64,000 nt of DNA. Source: Octopus vulgaris (taxonomy: Eukaryota). The translations under genes and the position numbers were made by a program. Position 1 is the stretch's first letter. Each line of letters begins with the position of its first letter. Below, piece by piece: positions 1 through 13,864 of the stretch. The notes under the pieces were generated by a model that saw only the letters and a list, made by a program, of their open reading frames with translations, did not search any database and had not been told where the DNA came from. The DNA lies in contig OX597819.1 of assembly GCA_951406725.2 (NCBI GenBank), forward strand, positions 76,198,001 through 76,262,000. Reading direction: 5' to 3'.

Positions 1-23
1 ATGTGCATAAATTCTTATGTATC

Positions 24-57
<34 letters not shown>

Positions 58-375
58 TGTATGTATGTATGTATGTATGTTCTCGTCTGTTTTTAAACAT
101 TTAAAGTCTTCAAGCTGAGGAAGGAGCTGGTTTCTAACAAAGATACAAAGCTTCATTGTTGGAATGTATATAACGAAAGCAATGTCACGTTACCTTTCGA
201 CTTACAGATTGTAAGTTTATAATGTGCTACTTAATTGGCTGATGTCATATATTTTTATTATTTTTTGTAAGCTTATCAAGACAGTCAGTTTGGCATTTTT
301 TCACAAAACCAAGAGCACCAATTATTATTGGTATAAATGTAAATTTGTAATCTGCATAAAGAAACGACAGGTTTC

Positions 376-760
376 AGGAGTGGCTGTGTGGTAAGTAGCT
401 TGCTTACTAGCTATATGGTTCCGGGTTCATTCCTACTGCGTGTCACCTTGGGCAAGTGTCTTCTACTATTGCATCGGGCCGACCAAAGCCTTGTGAGTAG
501 ATTTCGTAGACGGAAACTGAAAGAAGCCCGTCGTATATATATATATACGTGTGTGTGTGTGTTTGTCTCCCTAACATCACTTGACAACCGATGGTGGTGT
601 GTTTACGTCCCCATCACTTAGCGATTCGGTAAAAGAGGCAGATAGAATAAGTACTAGGCTTACAAAGGATAAGTCCTGGGGTGGATTTGCTCGACTAAAG
701 GCGGTGCTCCAGCATGATCACAGTCAAATGACTGAAACAAGTAAAAGAGTAAAAAGAGTA
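376..760 (+). mobile_element. tRNA-derived SINE, family A, full length
   Basis: The head has box A/B-like sequence (TGGCTGTGTGG...GGTTCATTCC), the body has an internal (TA)n(TG)n tract, and the tail is GTAAAAGAG-type. The same sequence recurs at 40237-40630, 49047-49429 and 59659-60113. Confidence 0.9.
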
Positions 761-764
761 TAGT

Positions 765-1650
765 TATCCTCTGTCTCTTTGATTTTCAAAGAGATACTCA
801 CATCAGCAGGACAGCTGATCTCTATGATGATACATATATTTATTTCTTTGTTCGAAACAATAATATCCGGTTGTTACGCTTACACTAGTATTCCATCTTT
901 TGATGTTTTTTATACTATTTTTATGTTTTTTTGCAACAACGCTGTGTCGCATAGGGCGGTACTATCTTGACGATATGTTTTAGCAGTTGCTATTTACATG
1001 GGCAGAAATATGACATAGTTTGCATTTTCTGTTGCAGCTTGGAAGCCCAAAGAATTTCACTGCCACTTTTGTTTAATAAGTATTTAATTGCAAGCTGTTC
1101 TTGCAGATATATAACCTTCGAATTGTGATGTGTCATAGCGTTCACGTGTCCACGAAAGGGTTCGCTTCATGTTGATATTGCTCTCTATGCAGAGCGTTTC
1201 ACATCCAGGTTTCTTTGGGATATATTAGTCCGGCTGATTTGGGAATATATGGGAAGTTATCAGGAAGAGATTGCTTCCAAGAGAGCTCACTTCCAGCACG
1301 TAAGAAATTGTTCTCTTCACATTTCATCACTAAGCGAATGTATTTTATGTTTGCTGCTGTTTTTTATCAAGTGCTGCCTGAAAGGGAGACTATATAACAT
1401 ACATAGGCTGTCTGCACTGATCTCAAGCCTCTACCTGCTTCATCTATTCTTGAGTAGAGCTGTCGGTATTCCTATTTTTGTAAAGAATTCCAGTTCATGT
1501 CAGAAACTTGCGGGTTTTAATATCTATGAAGTGGATTTCTTCTACAGACTAGTCAAGTCACATAAATGTTAGAATCAGCACTGGTACTGCAAATGTATCG
1601 TGAGGAGAATTTCGATTGCCATATTTTTCGAAGTCTAGCGTAATATTCTC
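765..1650 (-). mobile_element. Degenerate R4/Dong-like non-LTR retrotransposon (late RT, zinc knuckle, restriction-like endonuclease)
   Basis: Manual minus-strand translation gives fragments 'LYSRIDEAGRGLRS', 'CKLCH', 'PMRHSVVAK' and 'QPDIIVSNKEINICIIIEISCPAD', matching the PD..D-type RLE region of R4/Dong elements. There are many stops and frameshifts. Confidence 0.7.
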
Positions 1651-1714
1651 GGGAATATGTATGTTTGTATGCATGTATGTGTGTATGTGTGTACACCTAG
1701 CTATGTATGTACGT

Positions 1715-1755
1715 ATATATGTATGTATCTGTATGTCTGTCTGTCTGTCTTTCTT

Positions 1756-1846
<91 letters not shown>

Positions 1847-1905
1847 ATCTGTTTGTGTGTCTGTGTGTCTGTGTGTCTGTATGTCTGTCTGTCTGTCTGT
1901 CTGTG

Positions 1906-1990
<85 letters not shown>

Positions 1991-2085
1991 GTCTGTATGT
2001 CTGTCTATCTATCTATCCATCTATCTATCTATGTATCTGTGTGTGTGTGTGTGTGCATGTATGTGTATATGTGTGTGCGTGCATG
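1715..2085. repeat. Compound microsatellite (TCTA)n/(TCTG)n/(TG)n
   Basis: Directly visible. It explains the YLSI-repeat ORFs at 1616-2160. Confidence 0.95.
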
Positions 2086-2101
2086 AGTGCCTTCGTGTGT
2101 G

Positions 2102-2500
2102 AAACCAATATATCAAGCTCTACAGATCCATCAGGACGAGGCCCTTCGTCTAAGCTGTAGTTTCCAGCTTGGAATTTCTGGAACCACCGTTGACACTGGC
2201 TTACGCTTATTGTCCGATCCCCATACACTGCATTAACATTCCTCACACTTTCCTTTGTGTTGTTGCCTTTATTGAACTCATAAAGCAAAATATGCCGAAT
2301 ATTCTCCTATGTCACTTCCATTATAACTTTGAAAAAATAACTGTTAAAATCGAACTGCACTCTTCAAACCTTGCACTAAGAATAAATACAAGGTAAAATT
2401 ACTACCTGCTTTTATAGTAAGTTGATAGAGGTAGTATATCTCGTCCTCCTCCGACTTCTAGTTCATGCAATTGAAAAAACCTCATTATTTATGGGATTTA
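2102..2500 (-). mobile_element. mariner transposon 5' fragment (N-terminal HTH plus terminal sequence)
   Basis: ORF 2025-2288 'MLYEFNKGNNTKESVRNVNAVYGDRTISVSQCQRWFQKF...DEGPR' is a Mos1/SETMAR-type HTH. The DNA is homologous to about 4300-4630. Confidence 0.85.
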
Positions 2501-2767
2501 TATTACTTAGTAGTTACTCGTGACATTGCATTCTCATTTTTTATACATATTTCGTTGTATATAAAACTTCTTAATTGGGTTTTAAAATCGACATATACTA
2601 TATTTGAATGCATCTCTTTTTATTTTACTTGAAACAAAAAGTATATTGCTATGTTTGAAACTGATAAATGTATCAATATTGAAATGACTGCTTTAAAATT
2701 TTTGTGGCCTTGAAAATTTATTTCAAAGCAATTATTCTTCACTTTTCTTCTCATCTCGTTTATATGG

Positions 2768-2856
2768 ACTGCTTTGATATCGTACTTACTAAAATACTGC
2801 TTTGATATCGTCCATGCTAAAATACCGCTTTGATATGAGCCATGTTAAAATACCAC
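2768..2856. repeat. 28-bp tandem minisatellite, about 3 copies
   Basis: Units of the form ACYGCTTTGATAT...TAAAAT start at 2768, 2796 and 2824, with a partial unit at 2852. Confidence 0.8.
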
Positions 2857-3483
2857 TAAATATAGTTTCCAATCTGCCTAATTAGTTCATGTCGACGAAA
2901 ATGTTACTCTCTATCTGATTATACGTCTACATGGCCTGTATTTTCCACTTACCTCATTACCCTAAATTAAATCACATTTTAATGTTTTCATCAGGTTTTA
3001 TTCGAATCTTAACCCATTACCAGAAATAATATTTAATACGAGTTTTGTTTTACTTCTTCATAAATAATACCCTGAAAGCATATTTCTGCATTATTTTCCT
3101 AGTATAAGCTATTGGAGTGCAACAGTATGGCATTCCGCTTTCGGTTAACATAAACAACTGAAGAATGGTAAAGGCTTGCGTACAACAGCACGTGACCAAT
3201 AGCCATAAGGTACACGAGTTATTTTTCTCCGAAGGCACACTAGTTCGGTGATCGTCAAGAGATACTGGAAGAAGTCGGTGGAGATATTCTAGAGAGACCG
3301 AGCTAGAGCAGTTCTTAACCCACTGTAATAAGTGTAGTCACGAGAAACTGTTCAAACTCTCTACCTCCCTTTCTTTCTTTCTCTCTCTTTTACTATACGT
3401 GCGTTTATGCGTGTGTGTATACATACATACTTACATACATATGCGTGTGTGTGTGTGTGTATCTATGGAGATATGCAAACGAC

Positions 3484-4628
3484 TGGGTATCCCAAAGAAA
3501 CCGCAATTTTGCAATATTATTTTATTCACTCAGTTTCACATATTTACACTTTTATCGCCTTCGAAGTATTCTCCATTTGAAGCGATGCATCGGTCCGGGC
3601 GCGTTTTCCATAAATATATTCTCCTTTATTTTCTACAAATCTCTTCCATCTCTAGTAGACTTGCAAGGCCCTTGTCCGTGACGAAAAATAATCCTCCAGT
3701 AATGTTCTGACCTCGTCTACAGAAGTCATATTTTCCCGTCTAAATGATTTCGAAGACAGCAGAATAAAGGATAATCAGATAGGGCAATGTTCGGCAAATA
3801 AGGTGGGTAGGGAATCATTTCCCATCCAAATTGCTCCAGCCTTTCAAATGTCGTCCTCGCTGTATGTGGTTGAGCATTATCCTGATGGAAGAACACCTTT
3901 CGTCTTGAAACCAAAGATGGTCGGTTTTCTTCAACTGCTGTCGTAAGCCGCTCAAATTGATCGCAGTAGATCTCCTTTGTTATCGTTTGGTTTCGGGTTA
4001 AAAGTGCAAAGTGAACTAATTCTTTCATATCCCACCGCTTGAAATTTTTATAGAGAACCTATTTCGGTCCAAAAGAGTTTTATTCACTATTCAGACCAAA
4101 AGATGTGACAGCAAAATGAGCATGCATTCATTCTCTGCACGCGATTAGACTCGGGAAGTTTGTGAAGAAACCATTGTCCCACTTTGCTGACTTTTCCGAT
4201 GACACGCAGGTGTTGATGAATGGCTGAATGACCAAATCCAAGATTCTCTGCTAGTTTCTCAACAGTTACAATGGTTCTTTGGCTCTACCAGGGTTTGCAG
4301 GACGTCCTCGTCGAACTCTACAGATCTTCCAGGATGAGACTCGTCCCCTAGGTTGTACTTTGCAGTTCGGAAATTCTGAACCACCATTGACACTGGCTTA
4401 TGCTTTTTGTCCGAGCCCCAAATTGAAATCGTAAAGCAAAATATGCCTTTGTCATTTTCAATATAGCTTTGAAAAAATAACTGTTAAAATCTAACTGCAC
4501 TTTTGAAAATTTGCACTAAGAATAAATATAAGGTAAGATTACTACCTGCTTTTATAGACAGTTGATGCAGGTAGTTTATCCCACCCACCTCCGACTTTTA
4601 GTTCATACAATTGACAAAACCTCATTAT

Positions 4629-4630
<2 letters not shown>
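3484..4630 (-). mobile_element. Degenerate near-full-length mariner transposon
   Basis: ORF 3726-4028 contains 'FFHQDNAQPH' and 'PYPPYLPNIALSDYPLF' (mariner HDNA and YSPDLAPSDY motifs). An HTH remnant lies near 4300-4410, and the terminal inverted repeats are eroded. Confidence 0.85.
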
Positions 4631-4698
<68 letters not shown>

Positions 4699-4709
4699 CT
4701 CTCTCTCTC

Positions 4710-4771
<62 letters not shown>

Positions 4772-4860
4772 TAGCTATCTATCTCTCTATCTTTTGCTAA
4801 CCCTTCATCTAAGAAATTCCTCTTACAAAGACTTGAACGAAACCAATATAAGATGTGAAT

Positions 4861-5980
4861 AGTTAGTTAGTTAATTTTTTGGCTCAAAAAGCAAAAAGCA
4901 AGGCCATGTAGGGGGACATGGAGTTATGTACAGGGTGGTGTTCATGTAAAGAGTTCAGGCCACTTGAAGTCAAGGGAGACTTTGAACCGAGCGGTCGTCG
5001 GCATCTTCACCATCTCGTCTGGCAGCTTATTCCACGGATCCGCAACCCGGACGGAGAAAGCCCCTCTCCTTCGATTGAGATGAAATCGTCGAAGATAGAG
5101 CTTTTCGGAATGACCCCGCAGCCGACGCTCTGGAGCAGGAGTGAAGAACAGCTCTTTCGAGAGGTTACACTTTCCGCTTATGATGTTGTGAGCAAGAATG
5201 AGATCTCCACGGCGTCGTCGTTTTTCTAGAGAATAAAGATCGAGCGCCTTCAGCCTTTCTTCATAAGACAAATTCTTGAGACCAAGAACCATGCGGGTAA
5301 CCAGCTTCTGGACTCTTTCGAGATGCTGTATGTCTTTGAGGAGATAAGGAGAAGAAGCTTGAATCCCGTACTCCAATATGGGTCTCACCAGCGTGACATA
5401 GAGCGGTAGGAATATGGCTGCTGTGAGCATTCCGAATGACCGTCAAATCAAGAACAGAATTCCGCGTGCTTTGTTGGCAGCATGAATGCACTGGGCCGAA
5501 GGCAAAAAGGAGGAATCCACCAAGATACCCAGGTCCTTTACCTGATCGGTCCTCTCCAGCAGCAGACCACCCGGCTCGAAATCAAGTTAAGTTGCAGGAG
5601 GAGAGCCAACAGGCAGATGACAGCACTTTGACACGTTCAGGGACAGGTCCCATTCGTTAGACCATCTCCAAATTTGGTGGAGGCATCGACGAAGATCCTC
5701 TATATCACCGCGAGGAGCGACCAGTTTGACATCGTCGGCAAATAGAAGGGTGTGTTGTTTGAGGTCGTCGGGCAAGTCAATTATGAAGACTAAGAACAAT
5801 AAGGGCCCAAGCACTGAATCTTGAGGCACGCCACTGCTCGCACTGGAGACGTCGGACCGCGAACCATTAACTTGGACTTGGAAGGAGCGATCTGAGAGGA
5901 AGGCACCAACCCATCGTACAATATCCGGATGGAAACTATATGCTTGAAGCTTGACAAGTAGTAGGCGGTGGGACAATTTT
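4861..5980 (-). mobile_element. CR1-clade LINE, 5'-truncated (RT C-terminus plus 3' UTR), disrupted
   Basis: Motifs 'SGVPQDSVLGPLLFLVFI', 'LFADDVK' and 'LERVQKLVTRMV..LSYEERL...RRRRGDLI' are present, with a (TAAC)n tail at 4861-4872. A premature stop lies at 5587. Confidence 0.92.
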
Positions 5981-6302
5981 CCATGATCCCAGTTTGAACT
6001 GAAAACGCATGTTTGCGAATTGATCTTCTTAACTAGCTGACTATCCTTGCGTCTGTACACTTTAATCTAAATTGTCAAACAACTAACATTTGCAATATTC
6101 CTAGTGATCCTGTACACACATGATAAGAGAATGTCTCCCCATCTCTTATCTCATCTTCCAGTGAAGACCATTGTGCTTAGAACAATGATGTCTCTTCCCC
6201 AGTGTCTGCAACTGACTCTCCCCGCCTTACCTTGCTTTAACATATTTCCATAGACTGTATTCATTTTGCTTCATTTTGCTATTTCGTTTGTTTTTTGTAT
6301 AT

Positions 6303-6363
6303 TTCTTCTTCTTCTTCTTCTTCTTCTTCTTCTTCTTCTTCTTCTTCTTCTTCTTCTTCTTCT

Positions 6364-6419
<56 letters not shown>

Positions 6420-6425
6420 ATCATG
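6303..6425. repeat. (CTT)n-(CGT)n compound trinucleotide microsatellite
   Basis: Directly visible. Confidence 0.95.
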
Positions 6426-6477
6426 ATGATCATCATTACATGATACTTCCTTCTGTAATTACTGTACTTCTTCCTTT

Positions 6478-6512
<35 letters not shown>

Positions 6513-7564
6513 AATACTACATTATGATTGTTAATCAGTTAGGCGCAGCATGTCATCCAATCTTTGATGTTTTGGATGGCAGTCGGGAAATTTGCATGAA
6601 ACCCACATTCAATAGTCAATTCTGATTTTATTGTGAGTAAATTCGCCTTATTGATCGTTTTGTAAGAGTCAGCTTCTACTGACTCATCTTACTCGAACCA
6701 TGCCGATAATGTTGAATGAATCTGATTGGCTGAAGTTTTCTATACACTTGGTTGATAAAAGGAGAGAATATATAGAATCTATGATAATGTCTACACAGAC
6801 CACATTGAATATATTGTAAACTGTAGTGGAACTAACTCAAAAGGGTCTGAAAGATGATGGTTAGAAAGTAAATAAAGATCCAAAGAAAATGACTTTGAAG
6901 CAATACAAATTTGTACGCAATCTGCAGACACAAAGTCATATACAGTACACGCACGTACATATTTGGGTCATACTGTATAATCCATATTCTTTTAGTTTTT
7001 ACGTGTTTCCCCATTTGGACTGGGTTCATACTGAGGCACGTCCTTGAAGGGGTTTGTTGGGAAAATCGTCCCTGCGTCTTCTTTTATAAGTCTGCTTCTT
7101 ATTTGTTTCTCTTTGGCTGAACTCTTAACTAGGGGTATCTGAAGAAACCAAAGTATGTGGTGTAGGAGAAATGCAAGCACGATCGCACACACACACATAT
7201 GTACTGATATACACAAACACATACATATATACGCATATACGCATATAGTTCATAGATGTTCTACGTATAGAATAGACTTAGTAGTGCTCAACAGATTTAA
7301 ACTTGAGCGGGCAGAGACGTAAATATAGGGATAAGCAAATTAGACAGATGAATATATAAAGTATATTAAATACATGAAATACAAAAATATGTATATATGT
7401 ATACACATAAAACGGTCCAACTTACACAGAGTACAAATAATATAGATGACACGGAGAATTAAAGGGATGGATCTGTCTAATTTGCTTATCCTTACATTTA
7501 CTTCCACATATATACATATGTGTGTATATCTGGGCGTATGCGTGTGTAAGAGTTTAACACTATT

Positions 7565-8235
7565 TCTCAATAGTGCAGCGTAGATATTCTCTTATTCACT
7601 GATCTTCAGCTTTATGTTAACATCCGCTGGGCAGCTAATTTCCCCAACTGTGCACAGTTTCTCTTCTCTATCCCAAATCATTATATCAGATCTGTTGAGC
7701 TTACATTTTATTGAAATCTTCCCTGTGGCATTCCACCAGTACTCTTTTTTTTAATTATTAGTGGTTATGGCTTTCACCACACTGTGAGTTCTTATTTCTT
7801 TATCCTCGGGGGTTATCTTTCCGACAAATAACATAACAGAATGTCCTAGCTAAAACATCATGTCTCATCGGTAGATAATACCGTGCTGACAAATGCATAT
7901 ATTATCGATGGTATCTTCGGTGTTAACTCCACAAAGTCTGCATCAGTTGTCACATTTTACTGCGTTTCCTGCATTTCTATCCCTTTTGAGCATCACGTAT
8001 TTGGTTGATATTTCTTGTTCCTGGATTGCATGCGCATAACCTTCAAAGTGGAGGTAATAATCCGGCTTTAATGATCAATATTACTGTCATCTCGGAGAGG
8101 TTTCTATTTACATATTCATGCATAGTCTTCTGCTGATACAGGCTCATCCTTTCATCTGATAATATGTTGCGGTAAGCCGTGCGTCTTCTTTGGACATATA
8201 TTCTAGGTTATCAGACAAGGAATATTCCTCAAGAA
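7565..8235 (-). mobile_element. Degenerate R4/Dong-like LINE C-terminus (CCHC knuckle plus RLE)
   Basis: Minus-strand fragments 'QEQEISTKY', 'CRLCGVNTED', 'YYLPMRHDVLAR' and 'SDIMIWDREEKLCTVGEISCPADVNI' are present. It is related to 765-1650. Confidence 0.8.
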
Positions 8236-9135
8236 ACATGTATGTATATATTTATGCATGTATGTATGTATGTATGTATGCATGCATCTATGTATGCACG
8301 AATCCATGCATCCATGTATGTATGTATGGATAGATGGATGAATCCATGGATCGATGGAAGGATGGAAGGATGTAAATACCGTAATATTAATTACAGACCA
8401 ACTATTTTAGTCTATCCTTTGTAATGTGCTATATAGGAACATTGTCAACCTTCACTTTCATCTCTGTCGTGTTTCTTTGAAGGTGATTGTAGTTCAACGA
8501 GATCACTTATCTTTTCCTGAAACTTCTCATGTGTTAATGATAGCAAAATTAAAATACGAAAAAGCATAAAGAGAGGAAAATATATAGAATACAAACTTAA
8601 GAGGAATGGACGCATCAACAGTAATTGGAAGCGAACATGTTAGCGCTTGGATAAATAGGTGAGTATATGAGGGAGGTAAATCAAGAAAAAATATAGGAAT
8701 AAGGGTGAAGATTAGAATAAAACTACGAAACAGCTTATGATTAAAAGAAAGAATACGGAACAAGAATAAAGAAAATCAAAGTGATACGATTGCATGTACT
8801 TGTATATTTGCGTACAGTTATTCACTTGACGGTGATTTAGTTCATTAATGGAGATTTTTCTTTTCTACTGCAATGCAATGAACATTTAGTTTCTATTTAT
8901 ATAGGGTTTAGACCTTTCGATAATTTCAGATATCGAATGCATTTCAGGCATGTCGAGGTACACCTCAACAATTGAATAAATCTCTGTACACGTTGTTGTT
9001 ATAAATGAACTAGCTGATGTTACCGACACTGTCGTAGGTTGGTAGATTTCATGTTGTTAGTATGATTTAAAATTGTAGAAGGATGAGCCGAAAGTAATGC
9101 AAATAACGATTACATTACTTTGTGAATGGCTACTA

Positions 9136-9256
9136 TAGGCACAAGGCCTGGAATTTGGGGGAAGCAGGTAAGTCGGTTTCATCGACCTCCCCTCAGTGCT
9201 GGACTGGTACTTAATTTATCGCGCCCGAAAGGATGAAAGGCAAAGTCAACCTCGGC
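9136..9256 (-). mobile_element. SINE family B, 5'-truncated
   Basis: It shares CTGGTACTTAATTTATCG..CCCGAAAGGATGAAAGGCAAAGTC with 27601-27832. Confidence 0.75.
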
Positions 9257-9275
9257 CCCTTTCATCCTTTCGGAA

Positions 9276-9752
9276 GAATAATAGTAGCAACAATAACAAC
9301 AACTAAGACGACGACGACAACAACAAGAACAACAACAACAATAATAATAATAGCAACAACAACAACAACAACAATAATAATAATAATGAGAGGAGCATCC
9401 TCCCATACGACCAGCAATAAAGTTATCAAAGCGCAACGTAAACAAACAAAAATGGCTACTAGAAAGACATCGCATTCCAGTGGCAACGTAAAGGATAGAG
9501 CTGCAGTATCATCATCATCATCATCATCATCATCAACAACAGCAACAGCAGCAGCGGGCAAAAGCAGCAACAGCAGCAGCAAAAGCAGCAGCAAAAGCAG
9601 CAGCAGCAAAAGCAGCAGCAGCAAAAGCAGCAGCAGCAAAAGCAGCAGCAGCAGCAAAAGCAGCAGCAGCAAAAGCAGCAGCAGCAGCAAAAGCAGCAGC
9701 AGCAAAAGCAGCAGCAGCGGCAAAAGAACCAACAGCGATGGCGGCGGCAGCG
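9276..9752. repeat. Compound trinucleotide repeats (AAT, AAC, CAT, CAG with AAA interruptions)
   Basis: Directly visible. It generates the poly-S and poly-L ORFs at 9233-9781 and 9262-9732. Confidence 0.9.
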
Positions 9753-10449
9753 GTGGATATTTTATGACTGGTAAGATTTAAGCCTTTGGAAGAGGACAGA
9801 ATAAAGGGATATCCAAATTATATCTACCGCCAAGGAACATGTTACATTAGGGTGTGGTGCCAGATCTCTACTGAAAGGTTTAAAGAGGCCATTTCTGATA
9901 CCGTTCGTAGAACTAGCGAACGTAGCACTTATGTTAAAAACAGAGAAAGAGAGTAATACGCCTATCTATAAACTGGTGTTCCGATGTAGGCAATAAATAA
10001 ATCTATAAGTCATGCTCTAAAAAGGTAGGCGAGGATGTAGACTTTATTGTTTCTTGAGAATCTGACTCGCAAAGAATGTTAATAGGATTCTCAAATATTG
10101 ATCGTCGGACCACGGAAACGTTGTGATATTCGATTATAAACAGATGTATAAGATCTTTCGGCAGCATATTGCCCGCCTGTTATAGAAAATCGCCAGACTA
10201 GGAACGTGGGCTTCGATACGTATCTCGACTCTGCACTGTAAGTCTCGATGGCAGATTGGAGCAATGACAAAATAATGACTAGATAAATAAGCAAATGAAT
10301 AAACAATAAAAGTAAATAACCAATTTTATTTTAACACCTGAAAGAAGATGAGAGAGTGCTCAATTTTATGATCCGGGTGCGTGTGGTGCTGTCGAGGAGA
10401 ATACGAATAAAGCTATTTTAAGATCATAACTCTGTTCAATGTACCCATA

Positions 10450-10800
10450 AAAAATTCTGGCCATGTTACTCGCCAAGAATTTTGCACTTATTACTTACTG
10501 CCACCGAGCTCATGAACATCTATACTTCCTCGAACAATCTTCTGGTCATACGATACAGTATTTTGTAGTCTAGAAATGATATCGGTTGCAGCTTTGGGCA
10601 ATATGTATCAATCAAGGTCGTTGGATTATATGAATTACTTGTTTATGATAAAACTGCGCAGCAGAGCTGCTAGATAAGAATGGTCGCTGTCCAGGAGTTG
10701 AATGATTGCAGTCAACAGTGGAATCAGCGTACTACTAGTCGTAAATGATAACCTACAGAAACTGTATGCTGTCAAGTGCTCGGCCAGTCAAGGAAGTTCT
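10450..10800 (-). mobile_element. Possible old LINE RT relic (L1/Tx1-like)
   Basis: Minus-strand 'LQPISFLDYKILYRMTRRL' resembles the RPISLLNxDYKIL motif. The rest is degenerate. Confidence 0.4.
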
Positions 10801-11743
10801 CTATCAACGTTTCAGTGCGCTTTGTTTCTGAATTACTACTTTTGAAGTAACGGCTTACTTTACAAATGAAAATTAGAAATTTAATTTAATATATGCAGTA
10901 TCAGTGCGCCTGTTAGTTATAACGCATAGGCAACTATAATACGGTTGCGTAAAGTCGAACATGACCTTCATCGTTCATAAATTTCTCATGAAACAGTGAA
11001 CGCTATCTCTCAGCAACAAGCTGATGTCGTCTTCATTGCCATTCTCATCTTAATCTCCATACTTACCCTCATTCTGTCCCTATTTTTCTCCTACTTTCTC
11101 AATTCCTTCTCTCCGTCTGTATTTCTGAATCTCTCTCTCTCTTTTCTCTCTCTCCCTATCTATCTATATATATCTACCTACCTATCTATTTGCCCCATAT
11201 ATATATCAGGATTACAACATGAAACAAAAAACACTGAAAGAAAGACAAGTTTTACTGTTCTTTGTTCTTTCCCTTTAATTCTATAACAACGATTTTAGTT
11301 ATAAAATCTAAACATACGTATCGATCCGTACTATATATACCTTCATATTTCCACAAGGATTAAGAGGTCTAAACAAACTAAACGATGTCTGAAAGCTGTT
11401 GTACTCACCATCAATATGTAGGCCTATCTTCTCATTTCCTTACGCACGATCATTATACCTTTGATATATCGGGCAATTGAATTATATGAAATTTGTTTCC
11501 GGCAATGTAATTACGCATCAAATACGAATCGTATTATATCAGAATCGAGACTTCTATAATATCTTGTTATCTTTGTAATATTTATAAATTATGAATAAAT
11601 TCCTGTATATCACTGTGTACAATCAGAATGAAGTAGGAGATTTCTATCTGTGTCTGTCTGTATTCACATGCGGCCAAATAAACGCATAAATTATGAGTTA
11701 CATGGTTAAATATTTTTATTATCTCATATACATACATACATAC

Positions 11744-11833
<90 letters not shown>

Positions 11834-12259
11834 GCCTTTTAATGTAACTAGTGAATTGTTGCATGTTACTATATCCCTTGTTTTGTAAACTATCATTGAT
11901 ACCGTTTTCGAAAGTGGACGATCTTTTATAGTAGCAAATGTTCTATTTAAAAACTCAATACAATCAGCAAAATATATATTTGTGCATAGATATTGTGAAT
12001 AGTACAGTGATTGAGAGTTTAAGCCAAGTGAAAAACTTTCAAGCAACCATATCGATTATGGGTGATGTAAGAATCGATTTTGTTATACTTTCAATAAAAT
12101 ATCTTGGATACTGGGTTACAAAAATAAAACAAGTCTTACAAAGAGCTTTCAAACGAAATCATTGCGCTTTTAAGTTTATTTTTGAACAAAAGACCGTTGC
12201 GATATAGCGCCACTTTCACTTTCGTTATCATCATCGTTATTGTCATCATCATCATCACA

Positions 12260-12304
<45 letters not shown>

Positions 12305-13742
12305 GTTATTGTTGTTGTTGTTATTATCTCCTCCTATCTTCTGTCTATATATTCTTTGTGGAATCATACTCAAGTTTTTGTAGCCGAATATTATACGTTA
12401 CTCAATACTTTCATTTAATCATCTAATTTTGAGAGTTTACTCCTTCGATTTTTTTTTATTTGATCTTCCAAACTTCTCCTTCTTCTCCGAAGAGTATTGA
12501 TTCTTCCTTTGATCCTCTACAGCATCAACAATATCATATCTACTATTTATTTCACGGATTTTATCACTTATTCTGTATACCATTTCGCAAATTACAGAAT
12601 TTTCCAGTCTGCGAAGAAAATAGTGTTTTGTGTTTTAAGTTTTAGAGCTCAATAAATAAATAAATAAATAAATAAAAAGATCCAACTCTCCACATAATGG
12701 TGGTAATAATAGTTGTTTCTAATTTAGATACAAGACCGGTAAAGCCGATGGAAAGCTTAGTCAATTATATAGACACCTATACTTGACGGATTAGTTTTAT
12801 TAATTAGCAATTTTGACCTTTGCGCGATTTGAACGCAGAACATAAAGATCCTTTACTAAGACGCTTGAAAGATTCTTCTTATTCACCTTCTTCATCAGGG
12901 ATCACAAAAGACTGTCTCGGTAAGCGTCAAAATCTCCGCTTACGAGATATACCTTCCCAGAAAGTGATTGTAGATGTGTTGCTGGAACATCACACAAATG
13001 TACCTGAGACACAACAGCATGCACCTACAGTACTATGTCAAAATCTAATAAATGCTTTATTACTGAGTCATGTCTCTGTCACCTAGCCCTACGACAGCAC
13101 TTTTCGTATCTGCGTGTCTAATATCACACATCTTATGTTTGGCAATACAACCAAGGTACTACCCAACGAAAAAGCGGTTTGGATCCTGTTTTTGAAACTA
13201 GAATATTGGTCATGATGTCTTTCGTAATCGCCTCTTCAAATGTTCTAGCCACCATATGTATATGGTGAAAGACCCAAGGGCTTTATTAGATTAACGCGTT
13301 TGAAAAATGGAATAAGTCTTCAGTGTTCCGAGCTTACGCTCTTCTACCGAGAGGAAGGAGTAGAGAGACAAGATGAAAACAAAGAAAAGGGGAGAGAGAA
13401 GAACGTGTCTGAATTAACGATTATCATACGTTGTACAGATCAGAAGGAAGGAATTGGCCAGAAGCATGGTCGGCAAGGGACACTACTATAAACTAGCAAT
13501 GGTATGTGCGTGCAAGCATGTGTGTATGAGAGAGAGAGATAGATAGTGTGCGCACCTGTATATGTGTGTATGGGCGAGTGCGTGTGTATGTGTGTGGGCT
13601 AGCAGGTCGGTGTGTATGAAGATTACGTGAGCGTGTAGGGAGAGAGGAAGAAATACTATTGATACATACGCTTAAACATACGCTCATATAATGTCGTGGA
13701 TATTTTTAAACACATACATACATACATACATACATACATACA

Positions 13743-13853
<111 letters not shown>

Positions 13854-13864
13854 AAAGTTAATCG

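Noticed and set aside
2768-2856. Regularly spaced repeats resembling a CRISPR array
   Set aside because: The units are contiguous 28-mers with no unique spacers, the context is eukaryotic and there are no cas genes.
9233-9781. 182-aa Ser/Lys-rich ORF
   Set aside because: It begins inside a SINE fragment and consists of trinucleotide repeats.
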